From NCBI GenBank assembly GCA_964549075.1, contig CAZJUB010000031.1, positions 1 to 29,356 on the forward strand: 29,356 nucleotides of DNA, read 5' to 3'. Within the stretch, counting starts at the first letter, position 1. Each line of letters begins with the position of its first letter. The position numbers and the translations under genes were made by a program. The notes beneath the pieces were generated by a model that saw only the letters and a program-made list of their open reading frames with translations, was not told the DNA's origin and made no database searches. Source of the DNA: an uncultured archaeon (GTDB taxonomy: Archaea; Asgardarchaeota; Heimdallarchaeia; Heimdallarchaeales; Heimdallarchaeaceae). Below are positions 15,807 to 24,774 of this stretch, piece by piece.

Positions 15807-17344
15807 TGGAATTTAACTGGTTCCGGGAGCTTATCTATATACTTTAGAAATGGTTCTGGCCAATTCTTCTGATCTAAACCTTTTTGTGAAATGAAAGCTG
15901 TTAGGAATCTTTCAAACGATCCACCACCGCATCCTGACCATAATTCAATATTTCCCTCAGCTTTAACAGAGAATCCTTTTGGATATTTGGTCCCAATGAT
16001 AGATATATTCTGAATTTCTAACCATTCACTTTCTTCCCTAGAGCCACGGTAAGGCATGTAAGCTTCAAAATCTATTGTTCCAACCAAATCAGTCTCGCGA
16101 TCCATTTTCTCTTCAGTTGCTGACTGTTGTAACCACCATGGCATAACTTGAGCCTCTCTAACTTCTAAATCTAAAACTTCATTGAAAATTATCCTGAGCT
16201 TATCTCTAACTTCTGTGCCTATTTTTTTAGCTTGTTTTGGTGAGCCAATAAAGAGGGTTTCAATACGATGAAGCTCGTCCACTCTTTCGAAACCATATGC
16301 AGAACCTGCTTCGTATCGATAAGTAGGTCCCGACCAGTCATAAATTTTAATAGGAAGGCTTTTCTTAGCTAATGTTCTACCTTGTAACCATGCCCAAAAT
16401 GGAGGACATTGTGCATAAGAGAGACCACCAATTGGAGCAGTGACTTTTTCGCCTATTTTTTCATAAGGGATAGTTTTGGTAATTGTGATATAATCAGCAA
16501 TTTCTTCAAAATATTCTGGAGTGGGTTCTTTTGGTTGAACAACAAAGTAAGGTTCAAAACCTCCTTGATACATTCCTTCAGCATGTTCAGATCGTAACCA
16601 AATTGACCAATCTACTAATTTTGGAATCATCATCTGATAGAATTCTAAAGGCTTGTAAACATAATCTACCATTATTTGTTTCATCGCTTCAGCTAGAGTT
16701 GTTAATGTTGGTGAGAGAATCCATTGGTTACGATAATTTGTTCTTTGTATCCAATTCGCTTCTTGCATCATAGTTGTAGGATTTTCGTCTGTAAAGAGCT
16801 TTTTTTCTCCACTGGTCCAAACTATTTCATGATGTTCTTTCTTCGCTCCATAGTGCTGTTTTACTGCTTTATCGTTAACTCTACGCATAATTCTTTCTAT
16901 AGTGCCTTTTTCGACAAAATCTTCAGAAATGTCAGGATCAATTTCTACTTTAGCAAAGTTTTTGTTATCCTTCTTACTGAATTCGATTTTTTTAGTTAAA
17001 GGAAGTGTAAATTCTTCTAGAGGTTCTACTTCAATCTCTGTCTCAATGGTATATTTATTAAATTTGAAACCTCGCAATCCAACACGATACTTTCGTCCTA
17101 TAATGTCTGCTAGTTGTTTTCGGATTCTAAGAATAGCAACATGAGGAGGAAGAGAGTTTACAGAAGCTATTACAAAACTAAGTTGATCATCTGATGTGTT
17201 GATATTTGTAATTGCAAATTCTCCGTCTTTACGGTTTTCTAAAGTTTTTTCTACGAATTGGTTGAAGAATTCTTTTAAATCTTCGGAGCTCTCAGCTGGG
17301 AGTGGATTACTCAAAGTGAAAGCAGCAGCTAAGTAGTGTTTCAT
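15803..17344 (-). CDS. serS: Serine--tRNA ligase, methanogen-type (type 2, zinc-dependent)
   Basis: YAQCPPFW, motif 2 YRYEAGSAYGFERVDELHRIE, WLEIQNISIIGTKYPKGF and motif 3 LWSGCGGGSFER. The N-terminal domain is mixed alpha/beta (RKYRVGLRG) rather than the bacterial-type coiled coil. Confidence 0.92.
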   Translation of the reverse strand: MKHYLAAAFTLSNPLPAESSEDLKEFFNQFVEKTLENRKDGEFAITNINTSDDQLSFVIASVNSLPPHVAILRIRKQLADIIGRKYRVGLRGFKFNKYTIETEIEVEPLEEFTLPLTKKIEFSKKDNKNFAKVEIDPDISEDFVEKGTIERIMRRVNDKAVKQHYGAKKEHHEIVWTSGEKKLFTDENPTTMMQEANWIQRTNYRNQWILSPTLTTLAEAMKQIMVDYVYKPLEFYQMMIPKLVDWSIWLRSEHAEGMYQGGFEPYFVVQPKEPTPEYFEEIADYITITKTIPYEKIGEKVTAPIGGLSYAQCPPFWAWLQGRTLAKKSLPIKIYDWSGPTYRYEAGSAYGFERVDELHRIETLFIGSPKQAKKIGTEVRDKLRIIFNEVLDLEVREAQVMPWWLQQSATEEKMDRETDLVGTIDFEAYMPYRGSREESEWLEIQNISIIGTKYPKGFSVKAEGNIELWSGCGGGSFERFLTAFISQKGLDQKNWPEPFLKYIDKLPEPVKFH

Positions 17345-17392
17345 TTTCTATTCAACAAGAGCAAATTAGTTATTAAATTTAACTTTTCCTAA

Positions 17393-17435
17393 GAATGATA
17401 AGAAAAAAGGAATGATAGAAGAAAAAAGAATGATA
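17393..17435 (-). repeat. Three copies of GAATGATA at 17-18 nt period separated by A-tracts (oligo-T tracts on the minus strand; probable terminator region of ABC operon 2)
   Basis: GAATGATA at 17393-17400, 17410-17417 and 17428-17435, directly after the stop codon of the minus-strand ATPase gene. Confidence 0.6.
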
Positions 17436-19175
17436 TTAGTTGTTATTATTTTCTTCGATCTGAAGATATTCTTTCAAAATCATTCTCAACGATTGCATGG
17501 TTACTCTTGAATCTTCTACGATTTTTCCATCTGATATTCTGATATGCCTAAAACCAGGTCTAAGTAAAGAAAGATCATGTGAGCACATGATGAAGGTTGC
17601 ATGATATTCTTCTACTGCATCAATTAAAACATCCATCAAAGCTCGAGCTAAATCTGAATCCATATTTGCTGTAGGTTCATCAGCTAGCAAAATTTGAGTC
17701 TTTCTACTAAGAGCTAAAGCTAAAGTTGCTCGTTGTTTCTCTCCTGCACTTAATTCGTCAGGATATGAATCCAGTTTGTGCACAATATGACATTCTTTTG
17801 CTACAGCTTCTCCCATTTTAGGATCATATTTCTTACCCAAGAAAAGGTAAGGAATTAACAAGTTATCTCTTAACTCAATTGGTTCAAATAAACTGTGATA
17901 TTGAGTAATATAAGCTGTATTTGCTAATCTAAAATCAGATCTAGCTGTATCATCAGCATTGCTTATTTTAAATCCGTCTACGGTGATCTCTCCTTCATCA
18001 GGAGTAAGTAATCCAGCAATAAGATTCAACAGAGTGGTTTTTCCCACACCTGAAGGTCCAGAAATAAAAATAAAATCACCTTTCTTGATATTCAAATCTA
18101 CACCTTTAATCACTGGATAATTCTTTCCAAAGATTCTATAACCTCTATGAACACCTTTTATTTTTACAATTGTTTTTGCTTTTTCACTGTGTTTGAATTC
18201 TCGTTCAAATAGATAATTAAGGTCTTCAAAAGATAATTCATCTACTTTATCAGAATACTCTCCAGGAGGTTGTTTCAGAATATTGTAAACCTCCTCTTTT
18301 GTAACTAAATCTGGATTCCACATCATAGCAAGCTTCTTGGAAGGATGAACATCAAATTCTGCTACATCTCTGATTGCAGCTGATGATTTGATTTTATCAG
18401 GTATCTGGATAAAATTGGAAGGATCTATATAAACAGTGTTCAGAACTGAAGCATCTTTTAAGAAATCTAATTGAGATTTATCAGCTTCATGTCCAACTCC
18501 TACTAGTCTACCATCTCTGATAAGGAAACTTTTCTTGAAAGCATTACGATATCGTACATCATGGGTTACTATCACCATGGTAGTTCCTAATTCTTCATTT
18601 ACTTCTTTCAGGTTTTCAATAATTTCGAAAGTGTTGGTACTATCAAGTTGTCCTGTAGGTTCATCAGCCAGAATAAATTGAGGTTGTCGTGCAAGTGCAA
18701 CTGCAACAGATAGTCTCATAGATTCACCACCACTGAGCTTCGCTGCTTTATTATTTTTAACGTGTTGAAGGTTAAATAGTGTCAGAAGCTCTTCCATTTC
18801 TTTTCTAGAAATTTCTCTTGGAGTGTGCTTCATCTTCATTGGCATAAGTAGATTATCTCTAGCAGTTAGGTTAGAAAAAAGGTTTTTACTAGTAAATTGG
18901 TTAACAAGCCCTATGTGGTCATATCTAAACTTTCTTCTTTCTTTTTCATTTAATCTATCTAGTTGTACACCACCAATAAGAATCAATCCACCTGTGGGAA
19001 CATCTGTTCCAGAAAGTAGGTTGATTAAAGTGGTTTTTCCTGCTCCTGAAGGACCGATGATGGAGACTAACTCTCCGTCAGCTACATCCAAATCAAGTCC
19101 TCTGAGGGCTGAAACCTTATAATCAGTAGTTTTGTCATGATAAATCTTTATTAAGTCTAAGCATCTTATTCCCAT
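17436..19175 (-). CDS. ABC ATP-binding protein, LolD/MacB family, with two fused NBDs and an AbrB-like insert (paralog of 2746-4503)
   Basis: NBD1 has GPSGAGKTT, LSGGE, ILADEPTGQLD and THD; NBD2 has GPSGVGKTT, LSAGE, LLADEPTANMD and SHD. It is colinear with the 588-aa protein over its full length. ATG 19175 follows GGAGTGAT; GTG 19184 is an alternative start. Confidence 0.93.
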   Translation of the reverse strand: MGIRCLDLIKIYHDKTTDYKVSALRGLDLDVADGELVSIIGPSGAGKTTLINLLSGTDVPTGGLILIGGVQLDRLNEKERRKFRYDHIGLVNQFTSKNLFSNLTARDNLLMPMKMKHTPREISRKEMEELLTLFNLQHVKNNKAAKLSGGESMRLSVAVALARQPQFILADEPTGQLDSTNTFEIIENLKEVNEELGTTMVIVTHDVRYRNAFKKSFLIRDGRLVGVGHEADKSQLDFLKDASVLNTVYIDPSNFIQIPDKIKSSAAIRDVAEFDVHPSKKLAMMWNPDLVTKEEVYNILKQPPGEYSDKVDELSFEDLNYLFEREFKHSEKAKTIVKIKGVHRGYRIFGKNYPVIKGVDLNIKKGDFIFISGPSGVGKTTLLNLIAGLLTPDEGEITVDGFKISNADDTARSDFRLANTAYITQYHSLFEPIELRDNLLIPYLFLGKKYDPKMGEAVAKECHIVHKLDSYPDELSAGEKQRATLALALSRKTQILLADEPTANMDSDLARALMDVLIDAVEEYHATFIMCSHDLSLLRPGFRHIRISDGKIVEDSRVTMQSLRMILKEYLQIEENNNN

Positions 19176-19180
19176 TTTTA

Positions 19181-22100
19181 TCACTCCAGGTTCCTTGGTA
19201 GATATTTCGCATAATTCGCTTTCATAGAGAAGTAGAATATGGTCATAAATAATAGTGGCGCTATAATATACGCAATTATTAGTGCAGCGATATTAAAATC
19301 TATCAAGTAATGAATACCTGCATAGAAGTAATTCTTAACTACTACATTAAACAGAACAATCAGACCAAAAGCTGCCCCGGTGCCTATTACAGCTCCTGGA
19401 ACCACTCCTGCAAAGAATGTCTCTAGCATCGTTAATTTGATTATCCGTTTAGTAGATATTCCCATTTTCTTCAATCTGTCATTCTTATTTGTTCTCTGTT
19501 GTAAGATTTTCAAAGGATTGCTGATGCTTATGTATACAATTGCGATCAGACAGATTAATATTGAAAGAACAAATTCTGCTGCTATAATATTAAAGAATGG
19601 GAAGTTTTCAAATTTTATCTGTTCTATCTCTTCAGCTGAACTTTTTACTGTCAATCCAAGTGCATCTTGTATCTGCTCCTTGACTTGAGCGTCATCATAT
19701 CCTTCACTCACTTTAATTAAAATTCTATCATTAACATTTTCTCCTGAAGGACCGGGATGAATTATTGGCTTGATTATTGCATAATTGCTTTCTGTCATTA
19801 ACATAGCTGCAATTCTGGGGGTTTTTCCTGCAACATACTCTCCAACAGTGTAGAATACGGGTAAATATTCAAATTCTCCTTTAATAGTGTAAGTTGCAGA
19901 TAATTGAGGAGCTACTTGTGTAAAAGTAAATGTACTTGCAAAATCTGCAAAATCTTTATCAAAGACATAAGTGACCATCATAGTACTATTTCCTTCTAAT
20001 TGTGAGATACTATTGTCCCAATTTTTGAACATCCTACTAGGTGGTTTATATGACGTAGCCAAGTATTCCGTTATATTCTCAATAAGATAAACTTGAACAA
20101 CATCATAATTTACCATTGCTCCTTCAATTTCTCTCACAAGTGCTGTACTTTCTACACCAGTTACATTCCTTAGTATAGGAAGCACTTCAGAGACATTCAA
20201 ATTCAGCCAATTATTGATGTATAAATCAGCTCCATTGTAGAAATAAGTATCTTTATCAAAATTCAACTGCATAGAAGTTGGACTTATTATAGAGGGTAGC
20301 GTTATTCCTATAATGAGTAGAAATGCTAAATAGATATTTTTGAATAATTTAATGTCTGATCTTATTTCAATTAAACTAAATGTACTTAATGATTTTCTAA
20401 TCCTCCAAGATATCTTACTTATCGCTATCATCAGTATAGAGAATAAGTCTTTAAGTAATAGTCCTAATCCTAAGAAGACTAGTAAAACTCCTAGACCTGC
20501 TAAATAGATGAAAATCATAAGTATAGATATACTAGAAGAATCTCCTATGTTTGCGTACAATAATTGGTACAATGCTAGAGATCCCCATGCAATTCCTCCT
20601 CCTGCTACAATAAAGATAATTGGAGGTAATCGTATCTGTTTGAATAAAGTAGCAATTCTTTGGGGAGTTTTCTGGAAACCTATTCTTTTTGTCTTAGACA
20701 TTTTCCAAATTTTTGGTAGTGCTATAAAAATTAATCCAAGCAAAGTCACAGCAATTGCGACACCCACACCAGAAAATTTGAGAGCTGTTCGAGGTCCATT
20801 GAAGGTAATGAAAGAATCAACTCTTAGAAGAGCAGGAGATAAAGCTAAAGAGATTCCGAATCCTATACCGACAGCAAAGATGGATTCTATAAACTTAAGT
20901 CCGATGTAATTTGAAGCAATCCTCGTTGATTTTACACCTTTAGATTGGAAAATTTCAATCTCTTGCTCTAAACTTTGTGTATAAAGTTCGTTTGTCTCCG
21001 CAATCAGAAACATTGCAATGTAAATAATTGGCATGGCTAAAGTGAAAAACAAGAAAATTGAAGAATTGAGTCTAGGTTCAAGGATATCCAACATTGCTGA
21101 TAACTCTCCTGAATAATCCCACTTTGAATTACGGTAAATAGGTTCAAAACTAAAATCTGTATCTTGCCTTCTTTTAAGATCAGCATTTTCTTGACTTAGC
21201 TGAGCAAGCTGATTTGGAGACATCTTACTGAAATCATATTTAAATTGAACACTTGTTTCAACAAACATATAGTACGGGTATAGCCCGTCAAGATTATCCC
21301 AAGCTAAATCTCCAAAAGCTACTATAGCTCCAAACCAACCTTGTAAAGAATCGACTAAATCCAAAGGTAAGTCATAATTTTCCCAGAAGTTTGTATAGTT
21401 GGATCCAGTTGGAAGATCATAAGCTCCAACGATTTTTAAAGTTACATTAGTGTCTCCAGGATTAGTATTATAAGAATTAATTTGTGATCCCCATAAGGTG
21501 AAACTATCATTCACATCCAAATCTAGTAGGCCATCTGTTTCAAGAAGCTCATTACTGACTATGACTTCTCCTTTAGCTTCTGGCATCCTTCCTGCTACAA
21601 GAAGCTCACTGATAGGAGCTGAGTAATTGTTTGATATACTGATGTAATTTTCGTTAAAATAATGGGTTCCATTTATGTTAGGATTATCAATAGTAACATA
21701 AAATGCTGACATATATTCAAAGTCGGAAATAATACTAGCTAAAACAGGATAATTCATATAAAATTCTGTCAAAACCTCTCCAATAGCTATTTTCTCAAAA
21801 TTCTTTAATAAAGGATTTCTTGAACCAAAACTGGATGTATCATAATTTAATGACATGGTCATACTTGGTGTTCCATTATCTTGTAAATCTATTCTAGCTG
21901 AATACTCATTAAGTAAAACACCTTGTTTTGAACTATAAACTGTTGTACTTGTAATAACAATAACTGCAAATATAGTCATACCAATAAGATTCATCAAATG
22001 TCTCTTCTTATTAGTTTTAAAAAGCGTGAAAACAGCGGATGTAGAGTTAGATATCCAATACCATAAATTCGTAAATAAAAGAAATAATTTTGATTGATTT

Positions 22101-23560
22101 CCATTAAAGGAACGTTGAAAGAATTTTTTCAAATTGATATAACTGACTTTTACTCGTTTACGGAATATAACTAAAGTTATGCCTACAACAGCTAATATAG
22201 CTACTATGTAAACGCCAGCTGAAAGCCAGAAAATATATAGAGCGCTGTAAATATAGATCTGTGATACGTGTAAATCGAAGAATGATCCTAAATTGACAGC
22301 AGTTGAAACATAATAACCTATCAGATTATTTTTATTAAGTTTTACACCTTGAATCTCATCGTTTTCTACAGCTGTTGAGTGTACATAGATACGCTCACCT
22401 GTTAAGGTTTCTTGTAAACTGAACGAATGCAATTTGGTGTTTTTAGGAACGTTATAGATGTCAAATTTCTCTACTTCATATATTCCTGTGTAATTGTCTC
22501 TAATTATGGAAATTGTTGATTTCAATTTGTCTCCTTTGAAAAATTCATCATATTCTAAATATGGTACAGAACTAAAGATGTATTCCGTATAACCGTCTTT
22601 TTCTTGAATAGTAAAGCTATCATAATCAAAAATTCCAAAATTAACTGATGTAAAGTTATCGAAAGTTGTTGTCTCATATTCAGTGTATCTTAAGGTGTAT
22701 AGGATTGAATTTCTTGCTAATGCAAGATTGAATACACCATCTTCAGTAACAAAGAAACGGGGATCAAATCCTCCTTCGTGTAAAACCATAGTATTAGTTA
22801 TGTTAGATACTCCTGTAGTAGCATTAGCAGCTGTAGTGATGTAAAAATGGTCAGATACATATTGGTAAATGTATTGATAACCTGTATAGACCATACCATT
22901 TTGATAATACATTTCCAGCATATAGTCAAACTCCTCATCTGCAACCCAAGTTGTTCTAACTTCTTCTGTATACCATAGATTTGTTTCATTGTCTCTATAG
23001 ATTTTATAGAACTGGTATGCTGTATCTGCGTTTTCTGAAGTCGGAGGGAAATTTTCTATAAATGTTAAGAACATATCAAAATGTGTGGGACCATCTTGAA
23101 AGACTCTAATATGCGGGTAATTAGCTCTAGAGTTATATTCATAAAACTCAAAATCAGTTCCTCCATCTTCAGGTGTCCAAGTATACATACGGAAGAAAGT
23201 TATATCATAGAAAGCATGATAAGCGTAGAGTAGAGCAATACCACCTTCTACTTCATAAACTTCAAAAAAGTCTAGAGGATATCTTTCTACTATAACTAAA
23301 TCAGACTCGTCATTAACTACATGAATTATTTTAAACGTATCATTGTCATATGTTATCTTAGCGAAAAAATGAAAATTATCAAATTCGTCAAATATCATCC
23401 TAGTTTCTATATTTTCTTCCTCCCCAGTTCTTTCTGTAAGTAGAAATAGTTTTTCACTTGAATCACTAGTTGCAGCTCTAGTATTTTTTACAAGAAAAAT
23501 CGAACTAGTAATAAATAACATGATGATTGTAACTACTGTAATTTTCTTTTTTATGTTCAT
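19181..23560 (-). CDS. Giant MacB/FtsX-type ABC permease with an additional N-terminal extracellular beta-rich domain
   Basis: Signal peptide, about 410 aa of aromatic/beta-rich sequence, a TM helix, then a MacB-like core (GRMPEAKGEVIVS, LKIVGAY, QEIEIFQSKGV, GADLYI, LKKMGIS). It ends YAKYLPRNLE, like its paralog (FAKYMPKNLE). Confidence 0.88.
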   Translation of the reverse strand: MNIKKKITVVTIIMLFITSSIFLVKNTRAATSDSSEKLFLLTERTGEEENIETRMIFDEFDNFHFFAKITYDNDTFKIIHVVNDESDLVIVERYPLDFFEVYEVEGGIALLYAYHAFYDITFFRMYTWTPEDGGTDFEFYEYNSRANYPHIRVFQDGPTHFDMFLTFIENFPPTSENADTAYQFYKIYRDNETNLWYTEEVRTTWVADEEFDYMLEMYYQNGMVYTGYQYIYQYVSDHFYITTAANATTGVSNITNTMVLHEGGFDPRFFVTEDGVFNLALARNSILYTLRYTEYETTTFDNFTSVNFGIFDYDSFTIQEKDGYTEYIFSSVPYLEYDEFFKGDKLKSTISIIRDNYTGIYEVEKFDIYNVPKNTKLHSFSLQETLTGERIYVHSTAVENDEIQGVKLNKNNLIGYYVSTAVNLGSFFDLHVSQIYIYSALYIFWLSAGVYIVAILAVVGITLVIFRKRVKVSYINLKKFFQRSFNGNQSKLFLLFTNLWYWISNSTSAVFTLFKTNKKRHLMNLIGMTIFAVIVITSTTVYSSKQGVLLNEYSARIDLQDNGTPSMTMSLNYDTSSFGSRNPLLKNFEKIAIGEVLTEFYMNYPVLASIISDFEYMSAFYVTIDNPNINGTHYFNENYISISNNYSAPISELLVAGRMPEAKGEVIVSNELLETDGLLDLDVNDSFTLWGSQINSYNTNPGDTNVTLKIVGAYDLPTGSNYTNFWENYDLPLDLVDSLQGWFGAIVAFGDLAWDNLDGLYPYYMFVETSVQFKYDFSKMSPNQLAQLSQENADLKRRQDTDFSFEPIYRNSKWDYSGELSAMLDILEPRLNSSIFLFFTLAMPIIYIAMFLIAETNELYTQSLEQEIEIFQSKGVKSTRIASNYIGLKFIESIFAVGIGFGISLALSPALLRVDSFITFNGPRTALKFSGVGVAIAVTLLGLIFIALPKIWKMSKTKRIGFQKTPQRIATLFKQIRLPPIIFIVAGGGIAWGSLALYQLLYANIGDSSSISILMIFIYLAGLGVLLVFLGLGLLLKDLFSILMIAISKISWRIRKSLSTFSLIEIRSDIKLFKNIYLAFLLIIGITLPSIISPTSMQLNFDKDTYFYNGADLYINNWLNLNVSEVLPILRNVTGVESTALVREIEGAMVNYDVVQVYLIENITEYLATSYKPPSRMFKNWDNSISQLEGNSTMMVTYVFDKDFADFASTFTFTQVAPQLSATYTIKGEFEYLPVFYTVGEYVAGKTPRIAAMLMTESNYAIIKPIIHPGPSGENVNDRILIKVSEGYDDAQVKEQIQDALGLTVKSSAEEIEQIKFENFPFFNIIAAEFVLSILICLIAIVYISISNPLKILQQRTNKNDRLKKMGISTKRIIKLTMLETFFAGVVPGAVIGTGAAFGLIVLFNVVVKNYFYAGIHYLIDFNIAALIIAYIIAPLLFMTIFYFSMKANYAKYLPRNLE

Positions 23561-23574
23561 TAGACTTCCCAGCT

Positions 23575-23603
23575 TATCAGCATTTATATCTTTATTGCTG
23601 ATA
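23575..23603 (-). promoter_or_regulatory. Putative promoter/operator of ABC operon 2: perfect 8-bp inverted repeat flanking a TATA-like box
   Basis: TATCAGCA (23575-23582), 13 nt, TGCTGATA (23596-23603). The spacer reads ATAAAGATATAAA on the minus strand, 23-35 nt upstream of ATG 23560. Confidence 0.55.
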
Positions 23604-23871
23604 CTTTTGTTTAGATTTTTAACTAAAATACTTTAAAAGTTTACTCTGAGAATGTATTCTGATGTTTTTCTTCTAGTTTCAGCCTTCCTAATAAACAAAT
23701 GACCATTTTGTAATTTGAGCTCTTGTAACGTTTTATAATAATATTGAGAATAGAATTCTCAGATTAGGGAAAATGCTTTCTTATCGTAAAGCTTGGTTTT
23801 GAAAAGTTTAAATAGGATTTAACGAGCAAGTAAGGTAGTTAGAACAAATTCCTTTATAAGAGGTTTATTTC

Positions 23872-24774
23872 TTGCAACAAACAGATGAAAAACTTGAGCT
23901 TACTGAAACAGGAAGAAAAAGAGTAGTGTGGACTAAAAAGCGTATTTTTATGGTAACTCTTTTTACTCTTTTAGTACTCATCTCTATTGCAATTCTAGTT
24001 GTTTCTATTGTGAAGAAAACCTTCCTATTTGAATTGGTCAGAGATTACTTCCTTTTACCACTTGAAAAGATAGGTTATTGGTCAATTTTGCTTTTCTTAG
24101 TTCTCATGGTAATTCAAAGTCTTATAGTACCTATCCCCTCTGAGCTAGTTCTTCTCTCTGGAGGAATGTTATATGGCTCATGGTTAGGAACATGGGGAGT
24201 AGTGTTAGGAGTAGCTTTGGGAGTTGTAGGTTCTGTATTAAGTGGTGCAGTTACCTATTACATTGCGAACAAAGGAGGAAGACCAATTCTTGAAGTAACT
24301 GGAGAACATATGAAGCTTGCAGATAAATTTGTGTTTGCTATGGATTTGTGGATCGAAAAATGGGGAATCTGGGCTATAATAGTAGGAAGAGCTGTTCCTG
24401 TTGTGATGTTTGATCCTATTTCATATGCTGCTGGAATATCTAATGTCAAGTGGAAAATGTATAATATAGCTACAGCAATCGGTTCCATACCTAGATCAAT
24501 CTTTTATGCTGTTATTGGCTATCAAATGGTAACTGGTCCGGGAGGAATAGATATACATAATCTTACTCCTGAACAATTAGATGCAGCAGCAGGACAATTC
24601 AATCTTATATTCTATATCATTTTTGGTGTTTTAATTATAATGTTTATTGGGGCTACATTGATTGCCAACAGAATACAAAGGAAAAGAGAAACTGAAAAAA
24701 TAACTCCACCTCATAAGAACGAAACTGAAGCTGAAGAAATATCAGAGGAAATCATAGAAAATGATATTTCTTAA
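23872..24774 (+). CDS. DedA/VTT superfamily (TVP38/TMEM64-like) membrane protein
   Basis: IQSLIVPIPSELVLLSGGMLYG, YYIANKGGR and GRAVPVVMFDPISYAAG; multiple TM segments; TTG start preceded by GAGGT. Confidence 0.9.
   Translation: MQQTDEKLELTETGRKRVVWTKKRIFMVTLFTLLVLISIAILVVSIVKKTFLFELVRDYFLLPLEKIGYWSILLFLVLMVIQSLIVPIPSELVLLSGGMLYGSWLGTWGVVLGVALGVVGSVLSGAVTYYIANKGGRPILEVTGEHMKLADKFVFAMDLWIEKWGIWAIIVGRAVPVVMFDPISYAAGISNVKWKMYNIATAIGSIPRSIFYAVIGYQMVTGPGGIDIHNLTPEQLDAAAGQFNLIFYIIFGVLIIMFIGATLIANRIQRKRETEKITPPHKNETEAEEISEEIIENDIS

Noticed and set aside
4504-17435. Idea that the region between the inverted ABC operons is a mobile or invertible element
   Set aside because: There is no recombinase or transposase, no nucleotide-level terminal repeats are visible, and the cargo includes housekeeping genes such as serS.
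15803-24774. Convergent gene pairs sharing a TTAA stop overlap (15803-15806 and 24771-24774)
   Set aside because: Common in compact AT-rich genomes; no special meaning can be supported.
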